A stretch of DNA of 64,000 nt from Betaproteobacteria bacterium (GCA_023266235.1 JAHFRL010000009.1:1820-65819); one strand, 5' to 3'; positions 1 to 9,543 are shown, counted from the first letter of the stretch. Made by a program: numbers and translations. Notes: generated by a model not told the origin, from the sequence alone.

Positions 1-204
1 GCGGATGTCGACGATGACCTGCTGCCCCCATTTTTCCGTGAGCTTCTGCGCGATCGTGCGCGCTGAAACGTCGCTCGGTCCGCCGGCCGCGAAGCCGACG
101 ACAAGCCGGATCGGTTTGCTCGGATACTGCTGCGCGACAACATCCGGCGCGGCCGCCAGCAGCAGCGCGACGGCAAGCATCGCGCAGACAAAAAATGACT
201 TCAT
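1..204 (-). CDS. Bug/TctC tripartite tricarboxylate transporter substrate-binding protein (5' part; runs off window)
   Basis: Read manually on the minus strand: MKSFFVCAMLAVALLLAAAPDVVAQQYPSKPIRLVVGFAAGGPSDVSARTIAQKLTEKWGQQVIVD; signal peptide plus Bug N-terminal motif; AAGGAGG RBS. Confidence 0.9.
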   Translation of the reverse strand, partial: MKSFFVCAMLAVALLLAAAPDVVAQQYPSKPIRLVVGFAAGGPSDVSARTIAQKLTEKWGQQVIVDIR

Positions 205-213
205 TGTTCCTCC

Positions 214-1578
214 TTAAGCCAACCCTCGCATATTTTCGATTTTCTCCACTGCGGCGATCTGATCGAACATCCGCTCCGCGCCCGCCGCTGACGCTGCGGA
301 GATGACCGCGTCGAATTTTTCGCGCAACTGCTCGCGCGTCAAAGGCTGCTGCGGCATTCCCGGAAAATACTGCTGCTCCCGGGTAAATTCGCTTCCATCT
401 TTCAGTTTCACGCTGACGCGGCTCGCGAGCGGGTTCGAAGCGTCGGTTTCCTTGCGCAGCTCGACCTTGACCTTGCGGGCGAGCGCGCGGACCCTGGGAT
501 CGTCGCGAGACTCCTCGGAAAACACGTTCGGGTCGCGCGGATCGCAGTAGAACGCGAGCGCGACGCAGAACGGCGTCGAGTACTGCGCCATCGTCATGTC
601 CTGCGGCTCGGGAATGTCGTGGTGGCTCACCATTTTTTCGCTGCCCGCGACCGTGATCGATGCAATGTCGTCTCCCGAAATATCGTGCCTGGCTTTGAGT
701 TCCAACACCGCGGTGACCGGCACATGCGCCGAGACGTGGCAGGAGTAGCGCTTGAACGTAAGCTTGAGCAGGTTCCAGGTTTCGCCGAGACCGGCGGTAA
801 AGCGTTTCGCATCGCCGTCGCGGCAAAACACGTTGAGATAACCGAACTTGCCGTCGAGCACCGTCGCCGGGCCGCTGAAGCCGTTCTTCGCGAGCGTCGC
901 CGCGAGCACGCCTGACTCGGCCGCGCGCCCGAGGTGCAGCCGCTTCACCATGCCGCCGCCTCCTTTGGAAAATTCGAGCAATCCCGCGCACAGCGATCCC
1001 GCTATGCCGAGCGCATCGGTCATCTGCCCGGCGTTGAGCTTCAGCAGCCGTCCCGCCGCGACCGCGCCGCCGAACGCTCCCGTCACTCCCGGCGCGTGGA
1101 AACCGATTTTTTCGCTCGACTGCCTCGACGCATCGCCGATGCGGTGCATGACCTCGCCCGCCGCGACGAATGCGGTGATGAATTCCTTGCCGCTCGCGCC
1201 GATTTCCTGCGCGACCGCAAGCCCCGGCGCCGTGAGCGACGCACCCGGATGCACGCCGACGCTGGGCTGCACCAGGCTGTCCATCTCGAACGCGTGCGCG
1301 AGCGCGCCGTTCGCGAGCGCGGCGCAAGGCGCATGCACCTTGAGCGGCGTGCCGAGTATCGCGCACGCGCCGCCCTTGCCGTACTGCCCGGCGTAAGCGA
1401 TGATGATCTTGCTCCACGGCAGCGTGGCTCCGTAAGTGCACGCCGCGACCGTGTCGATCACGCAATCCTTCGCGCGCTCGATCACGGCGGAAGGAATGCT
1501 CTCGTATCGCAGCCCGGTCGCGAATTCGGCCAGCACCTGTGCTGCGGTCGTCACGCTTTTCGCATTGCCGATGTCCAT
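214..1578 (-). CDS. MmgE/PrpD family protein
   Basis: AALANGALAHAFEMD, VHPG, GFH, KRLHLGRAA, FKRYSCH motifs; start trimmed to MDIGNAK. Confidence 0.9.
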   Translation of the reverse strand: MDIGNAKSVTTAAQVLAEFATGLRYESIPSAVIERAKDCVIDTVAACTYGATLPWSKIIIAYAGQYGKGGACAILGTPLKVHAPCAALANGALAHAFEMDSLVQPSVGVHPGASLTAPGLAVAQEIGASGKEFITAFVAAGEVMHRIGDASRQSSEKIGFHAPGVTGAFGGAVAAGRLLKLNAGQMTDALGIAGSLCAGLLEFSKGGGGMVKRLHLGRAAESGVLAATLAKNGFSGPATVLDGKFGYLNVFCRDGDAKRFTAGLGETWNLLKLTFKRYSCHVSAHVPVTAVLELKARHDISGDDIASITVAGSEKMVSHHDIPEPQDMTMAQYSTPFCVALAFYCDPRDPNVFSEESRDDPRVRALARKVKVELRKETDASNPLASRVSVKLKDGSEFTREQQYFPGMPQQPLTREQLREKFDAVISAASAAGAERMFDQIAAVEKIENMRGLA

Positions 1579-1870
1579 GTCAGAGTCCTGCGTCCGGTTG
1601 CGATCCCGGATTATTTCATTCTTCGGCATGCATGGGAAATTTGCCGGAAATCGCTTTCGGCAGTCGGCGATCGGCAAACCAGAGCGGCAGCGCCGCCATG
1701 AAGAAGCTGAACGCTGAATGCCGACCGCTCACAGCCAACAATCCCGGCTTTCGCTATAATCGCGGTTATTCGAGACAGCTCGCGCTGCTCGAATAATTGA
1801 CCGGATACGAACGGACGCAGGCGCCGTTCAATCCGGCGTTCCCCGTAGGACATCGGACAGGAATCTCAGC

Positions 1871-2917
1871 ATGCCGCTAAAAATAATCCTGACCGGCGAC
1901 GTCAATCTGATGAACGTCACCGATGCCGCCGCGCCGTTTGCGCGCCTCGCGTCCGAGTTGCGCGCCGCTGACGTCGTCTTCAGCAACCTCGAATGCTGCC
2001 TGTACGATCCGCCGCACGGCCACGCGGTCGAGAGCGAAGGCTTTTACGCCGATGCGGCGATCGGCGGCGAAGCATTGAAACGCGCCGGCATCCAGGCGGT
2101 CGGCATCGCCAACAACGTCAACTACGGCGAAGCCGCGATCACGGCGTCGATCGCGCGGCTCGATGAATTGGGCATACGTCACGCCGGAGCCGGCGCGAAC
2201 CGCGCGGCGGCGCGCGCGCCGGTGTTGCTCGAGCGCGGCGGCGTGCGCGTCGGTTTTCTGCAGCGCACTTCGGTGTACTGGCCGACCAATCACGAAGCAG
2301 GAGAGCACGCGGCCGGGGTCGCGGTCATCCGCGGCCACACCGCCTACCAGTTGCCGCTGCACAAGACGCGTCCCGAGATTCCACCGTGCAATCGTCCCGG
2401 CTTGCCGCCGATCATCGTGACCTGGGCCGACCCGCAATATCTGCAGTGGTTCAAGGACGACGTCGCGGCGCTGCGCGCGAAGGCCGATATCGTCGTCGCG
2501 TCATGCCATTGGGGGCTGCATCAGGAAGTGCTGCAGTACATGACCGAGATCGCGCACGCGGCGATCGATGCCGGCGCGGACATCGTCATCGGCCACGGGC
2601 CGCACTTCTCGCTGCCGGTCGAAGTTTACAAGAGCAAGCCGATTTTCTACGGGCTCGGCAATTTTTCGTTTCATACCGGCCACGGCGGCCGCAAGCACGG
2701 CGACTGGGTCGGCATGCTCGCGCGCATCGCGCTCGAGGGCAAAGCGGTGCACAGCGCGACGTTCCAGTTCGTGCGGCACAACGACGCCAACGAAACCGTG
2801 CCGTGCGCGCTTGACCACGAACGCGCGATGCTCGATGACATCACGAAGCGCAGCGCTCCGTTCGGGACCAAGCTCACGCCGCGAGGCGACGAAGTCGCGA
2901 TTGCCCTAAAGAATTGA
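1871..2917 (+). CDS. CapA/PgsA-family metallophosphoesterase
   Basis: TGDVNL, FSNLEC, IANN, HWG, IGHGPH, YGLGNF motifs; no signal peptide. Confidence 0.85.
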   Translation: MPLKIILTGDVNLMNVTDAAAPFARLASELRAADVVFSNLECCLYDPPHGHAVESEGFYADAAIGGEALKRAGIQAVGIANNVNYGEAAITASIARLDELGIRHAGAGANRAAARAPVLLERGGVRVGFLQRTSVYWPTNHEAGEHAAGVAVIRGHTAYQLPLHKTRPEIPPCNRPGLPPIIVTWADPQYLQWFKDDVAALRAKADIVVASCHWGLHQEVLQYMTEIAHAAIDAGADIVIGHGPHFSLPVEVYKSKPIFYGLGNFSFHTGHGGRKHGDWVGMLARIALEGKAVHSATFQFVRHNDANETVPCALDHERAMLDDITKRSAPFGTKLTPRGDEVAIALKN

Positions 2918-2920
2918 AGC

Positions 2921-2997
2921 AACCGCCGATGAACGCGGATAAACGCCGATGAAAATCAAGAACAGGGAGTAATTCCCCTCTCGTCTCTCGCCGCTCA
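2921..2997. repeat. Junction repeat: 10-bp-period arm plus 7-bp-period arm
   Basis: aaccgccgat-gaacgcggat-aaacgccgat-gaaaatcaagaa, then ccctctcg-tctctcg-ccgctca, between convergent genes. Confidence 0.8.
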
Positions 2998-3237
2998 GCA
3001 GTGCCGCGCGCGCGGATGGGTATGCGCAAACGCGGCATACATCTGCCGCGCCCCCCGCAGCACGCCGGCCCGGAGCGCGCGCGCAGCCGCAGCGAACATC
3101 GCGGCAATTGCGGCATTGCGCGCGTGGTGCGCATCGCGGACGAGCCGCTCCATTCGGTGCGGGTCGCGCATGACTTCCTCGTAAGTAAGGACAGGACCTT
3201 GTTGCACAGCGGTCGGCGTTGCGTGTTGCCGATTCAT
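2995..3237 (-). CDS. Small hypothetical protein (80 aa) coupled to the DUF2917 gene
   Basis: MNRQHATPT...LVRDAHHARNAAIAAMF; AAGGAG RBS; ATGA overlap with the upstream stop. Confidence 0.65.
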   Translation of the reverse strand: MNRQHATPTAVQQGPVLTYEEVMRDPHRMERLVRDAHHARNAAIAAMFAAAARALRAGVLRGARQMYAAFAHTHPRARHC

Positions 3238-3626
3238 GATGGTCTCCTTGATTGCAGCAGGTAAAGGCGCGAGGTCGCGAGCCAGCGCGCGATTGCGCCT
3301 GGGTGCCGCGGCGCCGGCCGCATCACCAGCGCCGTGCGTTGAAGCCAGCGCTCCAGCATTCCGTCGTATCGCGGCACGGGCCGTGTCACCACGAGCGTGC
3401 CCGGGCCTTCCACGACGGTCACCAGCGTCACGCCGTCGCGGTTCACGGTGAAGTCCTCGCCGGCGCCCACCAAGTGGTCCGCACTGTCGCCTTCCTGCGT
3501 GATCCACAAGGTGCCGCGCAGGCTGCGCACCCGGGCACCGCGCGCGTCCGTGAGCGGCAGCGCCTCGTAGCGCCCGAGCTCGAACGGCTTGCCATAGCTC
3601 TTGAAAGCAGAATTCGCATGTTCCAT
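3234..3626 (-). CDS. DUF2917 domain protein
   Basis: GTLWITQEGDSADHLVGAGE motif; divergent from a LysR gene. Confidence 0.8.
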   Translation of the reverse strand: MEHANSAFKSYGKPFELGRYEALPLTDARGARVRSLRGTLWITQEGDSADHLVGAGEDFTVNRDGVTLVTVVEGPGTLVVTRPVPRYDGMLERWLQRTALVMRPAPRHPGAIARWLATSRLYLLQSRRPS

Positions 3627-3735
3627 AATGGATTCCTTTCCAGCATGTATGTCACGGCCGAGGGGCCGGCGCTGCATGCCTGCAAATATGCAATTTTCGC
3701 AGAATGCGGACAAACGATCATTTTGCGGGTTATGC

Positions 3736-3750
3736 ATGAGAAATACGCAT
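3736..3750. promoter_or_regulatory. Putative LysR recognition box (ATG-N9-CAT, T-N11-A)
   Basis: atgagaaatacgcat overlapping the LysR start in a divergent intergenic region. Confidence 0.45.
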
Positions 3751-4708
3751 GAATAAACGGCGCGATCTGCCCAATCTGGACCTGTTGCGGGGGTTCGAGG
3801 CCGCGGCGCGGCACCTGTCCTTCACGAAGGCGGGGACGGAACTCTTCCTTACCCAGTCGGCGATCAGCCGCCAGGTGCAGGCGCTTGAGCAGCAGCTCGG
3901 CGTGCCGCTATTTCAGCGCCGCACGCGCGCGCTGCTGCTGACCGACGCGGGCCAGCGCTACTACCGCGCGGTGAGCGAGACGCTGGCGCGGCTGCGCGAA
4001 GCGACGGCGCGGCTGGCCGCCGAGCAGGCTTCCGGCGCGCTCACCGTCACCTCCACGGTATCTTTCACCTCGCTATGGCTGGTGCCGCGGCTGGCGGATT
4101 TCCAGCGCCGCCATCCGGACATCACGGTGCGCATCGTTGCCGACAACACGCTGCAGGACCTGCAGCGCGAGCGGCTCGACGTGGCGGTCCGCTACACCAC
4201 CCGCCAGCGCGCGGGCGCGGGGGCGGTGAAACTGTTCGGCGAGCGCATGGTGCCGGTATGCAGCCCGCGGCTGCTCGCGCACGCGCCGCTCGAGCGCCCC
4301 GCCGACCTGGACAAATTCGTGCTGCTGCATTTCGACGACCTCGAGGGTCAGGCGCCTTGGCTGTCGTGGAACGTGTGGTTCGAGGTCATGCAGATGCAGC
4401 CGGTAAAGGGCGCCGGCGCACTGCGCTTCAGTCACTACGACCAGATGATCCGCGCCGCGATCGACGGCCAGGGCGTGGCGCTTGGGCGCGTGCCGCTGGT
4501 GGAAGAACAAATCCGCGTCGGCGCGCTGGCGACGCCGCTCAAGGCAAGCCGCTATGCGGCACCCGCGGCGGACCGCGCCTACTGGGTAATGGTGTCGCCG
4601 CTGGCGGCGGGACGACGCGAAGCCGCAACGTTCGTGGATTGGGTGCGCGAGCAGGCCGGTGCGCCGCCGCCGCAGGGCGATCAGGTGGCGGTCGATCTGA
4701 AAGGATGA
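3749..4708 (+). CDS. LysR family regulator, GcvA-like
   Basis: LRGFEAAARHLSFTKAGTELFLTQSAISRQV HTH; WLVPRLADF; GQGVALGR. Confidence 0.95.
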   Translation: MNKRRDLPNLDLLRGFEAAARHLSFTKAGTELFLTQSAISRQVQALEQQLGVPLFQRRTRALLLTDAGQRYYRAVSETLARLREATARLAAEQASGALTVTSTVSFTSLWLVPRLADFQRRHPDITVRIVADNTLQDLQRERLDVAVRYTTRQRAGAGAVKLFGERMVPVCSPRLLAHAPLERPADLDKFVLLHFDDLEGQAPWLSWNVWFEVMQMQPVKGAGALRFSHYDQMIRAAIDGQGVALGRVPLVEEQIRVGALATPLKASRYAAPAADRAYWVMVSPLAAGRREAATFVDWVREQAGAPPPQGDQVAVDLKG

Positions 4709-4780
4709 AGGATGAGGGATGAGCGATGAAGGATGAAAGGCTAGTCCTCTCACCTCTCCCCTCTCTCCTCTCGCCTCTCA
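4703..4780. repeat. Junction repeat: (GGATGAA)-type x5 arm plus (CCTCTCN) x5 arm
   Basis: ggatgaaggatgagggatgagcgatgaaggatgaa / cctctcacctctcccctctctcctctcgcctctca; each arm contains the stop of one convergent gene. Confidence 0.9.
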
Positions 4781-6184
4781 AGAACATTTCCTGCGGTCGA
4801 GCAAGCGCTTGATCTTTGAGGTCTGCGAGGTGCCCGTATATTGGTCGAGCCCGCCCTTAGCGGCCGGATTGACGGTGACGCGCACGCCAAGCACCTCCTT
4901 CATGCGCCGCTCGAGATCGGTCTTGACCGCCGCGCGATCCGCCGCCGGATCGATCACTTCGACCATCACCGTCATCTCGTCGGTTGCGGCCTCGCCCACG
5001 CGGTCGACGAAACAGAAAAACTCGCCATTGGTGCGGCGGTCGCCGGCCACCACCGCGCCGACCGCTTCGGGAAAGACATTCACGCCGCGCAGCTTCACCA
5101 TGTTGTCGCTGCGCCCGAAGATGCGCGCGAGCCGGCGCAGGGTGCCGCCGCACGCGCAGATTCCGGGAACGTAGGCCGAGATATCGTTCACATTGAAGCG
5201 TATCTGCGGGGCGCCGTACTTGTAGAGCGTGGTGATATACACGGTGCCCTGCTCTCCCTCGGCAAGAATGCGGCCGGACTCCGGATCGGCGATCTCGAGA
5301 ATGTAGGCGTCCTCCTGGACGTGCATGCCCGACTGGCGCTCGCATTCGGCCGCCATCATGCCGCTCTCATGCGTGCCGTACGCGTCGAAACACGGCGCGC
5401 CCCACAGGTCCTCGATCCGGCGCCGATCCTCCATGCCAAGATGCGTGCCGATGAGCCTGATGCCGAGGCTCTTCGGATCGATCCCCATCTCGTCTCTCGC
5501 CGTGAGCGCCATGTGCCGCAAATACGACGGGAAGCCGAGGATGACGCTGATGCCCCAAGCCTGCGCGATCTCGATCTGGCGGCGCGTCGGCGTGGTCGCG
5601 CCGCCGCCGGTCATGACCGGCACCGCGCCGGAATAACGCCACAACGCTTCGCGCGGCGCCGCCGCGCCGTTGGAAAGACCCAGCGCGTAAGTCACCAGCA
5701 CCATATCGCCGGGCCGAATTCCATGCAATGCGAAGCGGCGTCCGCCCATGATCGCCATGGTTTCGCGGTCCCGCGGCGCATAGAGCATCGGGCGCGGCAG
5801 TCCGGTCGTGCCGCCGCTCGTTTGCAGCACGAGCGGCATGCGCTTGCCGTCCGCCGGCGAAATTCCCATGAAATCGCCGAACGGCGGGTTGCGCTCGATG
5901 CTCGCGCGGATGTGGTGGACGTCGTACGGCGGGATTTTCTGCAGATCATCGAGCCCGCGGATGTCGCCGGGCTCCATCCCGGCAGCGCGCCAGTGGCGCT
6001 GGAAGAACGGGATCTCCCAGCCGCGCCGCATGGTCTCCAGGAACCGCCGTTCCTGCAACGTGCGCAGTTCATCCCGCGACACGCGGAAGGTAGTACGGAA
6101 ATAGTCCGGCGGCGGCGGAAACTCCCGCGCCAGTTCTTCGAAATCGAGCGCGCGCCAGTACCAGGGGATAGCTTCGGCGTGCAT
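4778..6184 (-). CDS. Phenylacetate-CoA ligase (PaaK)-like AMP-dependent ligase
   Basis: QTSGGTTGLP P-loop, DAYGTHE, GRSDNMVKLRGVNVFP; start MHAEAIPW. Confidence 0.85.
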   Translation of the reverse strand: MHAEAIPWYWRALDFEELAREFPPPPDYFRTTFRVSRDELRTLQERRFLETMRRGWEIPFFQRHWRAAGMEPGDIRGLDDLQKIPPYDVHHIRASIERNPPFGDFMGISPADGKRMPLVLQTSGGTTGLPRPMLYAPRDRETMAIMGGRRFALHGIRPGDMVLVTYALGLSNGAAAPREALWRYSGAVPVMTGGGATTPTRRQIEIAQAWGISVILGFPSYLRHMALTARDEMGIDPKSLGIRLIGTHLGMEDRRRIEDLWGAPCFDAYGTHESGMMAAECERQSGMHVQEDAYILEIADPESGRILAEGEQGTVYITTLYKYGAPQIRFNVNDISAYVPGICACGGTLRRLARIFGRSDNMVKLRGVNVFPEAVGAVVAGDRRTNGEFFCFVDRVGEAATDEMTVMVEVIDPAADRAAVKTDLERRMKEVLGVRVTVNPAAKGGLDQYTGTSQTSKIKRLLDRRKCS

Positions 6185-6192
6185 CCCGGATT

Positions 6193-6981
6193 TCACAGCA
6201 GGCTCGCGCGGCGGCCGCCGTCGACATGGAAAGTCGAGCCGGTGATATAGGCGGCATGCGGCGAGGCAAGGAACGCAACGAGGCCCGCGATCTCGTCCGG
6301 GGTGCCCACCCGGCGCAGCGGAATTTCCCGCGCCATCTCCGCCAGCATTTTCGCGTCGGGTTCGGCGTGCTTGCCGTCCGCGCCGAACACCGCGCCGAGC
6401 CGGCCGGTCGCGATGCGTCCCGGACAAATGGTGTTCACGGTGATGCCTTCCGCGGCGAGCTCCAGCGACAGCGTCTTCGCATAGCCGATGACACCGGCCC
6501 AGGTGGCGACCGACAGGCCGAAGCGCGGTAGCGGCTGCAGCGCGGAAAGCGCGGCGATGTTGATGATGCGTCCGCCGCCGGCCGCACGCAGATAGGGAAC
6601 CGCGAGCCGCGTGAGCCGCACCACGCTCATGAGGTTCTGCTGCACCGCCTTGTCCCACGCCGCATCGTCGAAGTCAAGCAACGCGCCCAGCGGCGGCGCG
6701 CCGTCGTTGTTCACGAGCACGTCGATACGGCCGAATTCCGCGAGCGTCGATTCGACGATGCGCGCGCAGTCCGCGGCGCGCCGGATATCCGCGGGCACCG
6801 CCAGCGCGTTGCCGCCGGTCTCGCCGGCGACGCGCTTCACGGCATCGCGCAACGGCTCCTCGCGGCGGGCGACCATCGCAACGCCCGCGCCTTCCCCCGC
6901 CAGCAATCGCGCAACCGCGTAGCCGATGCCCTGGCTCGCGCCGCCGACGATCGCGACCTTGTCCTTGAGCGAAAGATCCAT
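6193..6981 (-). CDS. SDR family oxidoreductase
   Basis: GGASQGIG, DVLVNN, VNTICPG, ITGSTFHVDGG. Confidence 0.9.
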   Translation of the reverse strand: MDLSLKDKVAIVGGASQGIGYAVARLLAGEGAGVAMVARREEPLRDAVKRVAGETGGNALAVPADIRRAADCARIVESTLAEFGRIDVLVNNDGAPPLGALLDFDDAAWDKAVQQNLMSVVRLTRLAVPYLRAAGGGRIINIAALSALQPLPRFGLSVATWAGVIGYAKTLSLELAAEGITVNTICPGRIATGRLGAVFGADGKHAEPDAKMLAEMAREIPLRRVGTPDEIAGLVAFLASPHAAYITGSTFHVDGGRRASLL

Positions 6982-6982
6982 G

Positions 6983-7852
6983 CTAGCCGCGCCCGCCGGA
7001 CGCTTCGGCAAAAAGCGCCTCGGCGTTCCGGAAGAACACGTGCTCCAGCGTTTCTTCGTCGTAGCCGAGCGAGCGCCAATCCTCGATCAGCCGCTCATAA
7101 CGAAACAACGGGTAGTCCGCCCCGAACATGACGCGCTTCCTGAGCCGGCGCGAAATCTCGCGCTTCAGCGAATCGGTCAGGTATTTCGGCGACCAGCCAT
7201 GCATCTCGGTCCAGACGTTGGGCTTGTGCAGCATGACCGCGATCATCTCCTCCTGCCACGGCCACGCCGGCCGGCCGGCGATGATTTTCATCTCCGGGTA
7301 ATCGATCGCGAGCTCGTCGACGTAGCGCGGATGGCAGAGCTCGAGCTTCACGCCCTTCCCGCCCGGAATGCCGGCGCCCGCCCCGGTGTAGCCCACCAAC
7401 ACGAGCACCGGGCGCCCCGCGCCGACCGCCACCTCGTAAAACGGGCGGTAGACCGGATCGCTTGCCGGAAATCCCATGCCGGCCGCGGAGATGCACAGAC
7501 CGACGAAGCCGGCGCTTGCCTCGATGCAGCGCGCAAATTCGGCGGCGCCGTCGTGTCCCGTGCGGGGATCGATCTGCAGCCAGTTGCCATGGATCACGTC
7601 CGGAAACCGGCGCTGCGTCGCCAGCGCGTAATCGTGGTATTCCCTCACTTTTTCCAGCGGCATGCTCTTGGTGAAACCGAAATCGAGAATCACGCGCGCC
7701 GCGTGCTGCCGGAAGTATGCGGCCATCTCCTCCTCGGTGTCGTAGCGCGGCGCGGAGCGCCACGTCTTGATCTGCTGCGCGAGTTCCTGCTCCGTCTGCA
7801 GCACGTAGCCGCGCCTGGTTCCCCAGTGCGAATGCAGGTCGAAGAGCCGCAC
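6983..7852 (-). CDS. Amidohydrolase family protein (Amidohydro_2)
   Basis: FDLHSH, PAWPW, MFGADYP, NAEALF; GTG start just after the Bug stop. Confidence 0.85.
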   Translation of the reverse strand: MRLFDLHSHWGTRRGYVLQTEQELAQQIKTWRSAPRYDTEEEMAAYFRQHAARVILDFGFTKSMPLEKVREYHDYALATQRRFPDVIHGNWLQIDPRTGHDGAAEFARCIEASAGFVGLCISAAGMGFPASDPVYRPFYEVAVGAGRPVLVLVGYTGAGAGIPGGKGVKLELCHPRYVDELAIDYPEMKIIAGRPAWPWQEEMIAVMLHKPNVWTEMHGWSPKYLTDSLKREISRRLRKRVMFGADYPLFRYERLIEDWRSLGYDEETLEHVFFRNAEALFAEASGGRG

Positions 7853-7854
7853 GG

Positions 7855-8832
7855 TCAGTTGGCGCTCATGCCGGTCGTCTTGATGATCTGCCGCCAGCGC
7901 TTGATTTCGGAGCGTATGAAAGCGTCGGCCTGCTCCGGCGTGCCGCCGGCAAATTCGACGCCCAGGGCGGACATCCGCGTGCGGATTTCCGCATCGCCCA
8001 TCGCCTTGTTGATCTCGGCGTTCAGCTTCTGGATCACGTCGCGCGGCGTGGCGGCCGGCGCCACCACGACGTACCACGCGCTGATATCGAAATTGCGCAA
8101 TCCCGCTTCGATCATGGTCGGCAGTTCCGGCGCCAGCGGTGAGCGCCTGGCGCTCGTCACGGCGAGCGCCTTCAGTTTCCCGGCTTTCACGTGCGCAAGC
8201 GCGGTGGTGATCGTATCGAACATGATGCTCACCTGGCCGCCCAGCACGTCGTTGAGCGCCGGGGCATTGCCTTTATACGGGATGTGGACAAGGTCGACGC
8301 CCGCCAGGTACTTGAGCAGTTCGCCGGACAGGTGCGCTCCCGCACCGGCCCCGCCGGAAGCAAACTGTACTTCCCCCGGCCGCGCCTTCGCGAGCGCGAT
8401 GAGCTCCTTGACCGAGTTCGCCCGAAACGACGGGTGCGTTACCAGTATCAGCGGAATGTAGCCGACGAACACGATCGCCGCAAAATCCTTTTCGGTGTCG
8501 TAGGGCAGCCTGGGACTGAAAATCGGGTTCGTCGCATGCGCCGAATACCCCATCATGATCGTGTAGCCGTCCGGCGGAGCCTTGGCCACGAACTCGGTGC
8601 CGATCGCGGCGCTTGCGCCCGGCTTGTTGTCGGGGATCACGGGGACGCCCATGCTCTCAGCAATTTTCTGGCCGATCACGCGGGTAAGAATGTCGACGCC
8701 GCCGCCCGCCGGCACCGGCACGACGAACCGTATCGGCCTGCTCGGATACGCCTGGGCCTCGGCCTGCATTGATTGAAGCGCAAACGTCAGCACGAACGTC
8801 AGGCTGAAGCAGAGATGCGACGCTTGTTTCAC
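7855..8832 (-). CDS. Bug/TctC substrate-binding protein
   Basis: YPSRPIRFVVPVPAGGGVD, PDGYT, HIPYKG; GGAGG RBS before GTG. Confidence 0.95.
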   Translation of the reverse strand: MKQASHLCFSLTFVLTFALQSMQAEAQAYPSRPIRFVVPVPAGGGVDILTRVIGQKIAESMGVPVIPDNKPGASAAIGTEFVAKAPPDGYTIMMGYSAHATNPIFSPRLPYDTEKDFAAIVFVGYIPLILVTHPSFRANSVKELIALAKARPGEVQFASGGAGAGAHLSGELLKYLAGVDLVHIPYKGNAPALNDVLGGQVSIMFDTITTALAHVKAGKLKALAVTSARRSPLAPELPTMIEAGLRNFDISAWYVVVAPAATPRDVIQKLNAEINKAMGDAEIRTRMSALGVEFAGGTPEQADAFIRSEIKRWRQIIKTTGMSAN

Positions 8833-9097
8833 GGGCGTTCCTCCGGTGGTTCGTTGACGCGAGCCGCGCGGCGCTCCCCCGCTCCAAGTCTCGGCGATCC
8901 CCGGCGAGGTGGTGCGTAATTCCTGCGATCGGCGCGCGGAAATTATCAGGCAAGGCGCGGGCCGCGTCAAAATTCGTAATGCTGTTCCCTGCGGCCTTGT
9001 CATTTGGCCAGTCCCGGCTCGATCCGCGCTGCCGGGATCCCCGGTGTACCCGGTCCTCCATTGCTTGCCGGTGCCGGCGCGCCCGTCCCGAATTGCT

Positions 9098-9126
9098 TTG
9101 ACCCCGCGCCGTTACTCCTGTATAAG
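9098..9126 (+). promoter_or_regulatory. sigma70-type promoter of the cold-shock gene
   Basis: TTGACC-N17-TATAAG, about 140 nt upstream of the csp ATG. Confidence 0.6.
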
Positions 9127-9270
9127 GGGAGCGCAGGATTCTCAGGTAGTGATAATGGTTGGTCCGTTGTGGCCGCTTCGGCGGTACTCCTCAGGTCGTC
9201 GCTTTTCTCCTCCTTGAATTTCCCGCGTTCAGGCGCAAGCCTTTTTTTAATTTTTTCAGGAACAGCAGAC

Positions 9271-9477
9271 ATGAGTAACGGTACCGTTAAATGGTTCAAC
9301 GACGCCAAAGGCTTCGGCTTTATCACGCCCGATGATGGCGGCAAGGATCTCTTCGCGCACTTCTCGGCGGTTCAGGGCAGCGGCTTCAAAAGCCTGCGCG
9401 AAAACCAGAAGGTATCCTATGACGTCACGACCGGACCCAAAGGCGATCAAGCCGCCAACATCAAGCCGCTCGATTAA
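9271..9477 (+). CDS. cspA: Cold-shock protein
   Basis: [32 protein letters not shown] (RNP1/RNP2); true start at 9271. Confidence 0.95.
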   Translation: MSNGTVKWFNDAKGFGFITPDDGGKDLFAHFSAVQGSGFKSLRENQKVSYDVTTGPKGDQAANIKPLD

Positions 9478-9494
9478 CCAGCGCTTGCTGCAGG

Positions 9495-9522
9495 AAAAAG
9501 CCCGGGCGACCGGGCTTTTTTT
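9495..9522. terminator. Bidirectional intrinsic terminator
   Basis: aaaaagcccgg-gcga-ccgggcttttttt between convergent genes. Confidence 0.85.
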
Positions 9523-9543
9523 CGGGCGCACGCGCCGCGCAAC

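Noticed and set aside
2995-3000. Cys-UGA ending of the 80-aa ORF as a possible CU selenoprotein motif
   Set aside because: The UGA is part of a repeat arm; no redox fold or convincing SECIS
4703-4780. CRISPR array interpretation of the tandem repeats
   Set aside because: Units are 7-10 bp with no unique spacers between them, and no cas genes are present
9004-9270. N-terminally extended cold-shock protein
   Set aside because: The extension covers the promoter and leader; the canonical start with an RBS-like AGGAA is at 9271
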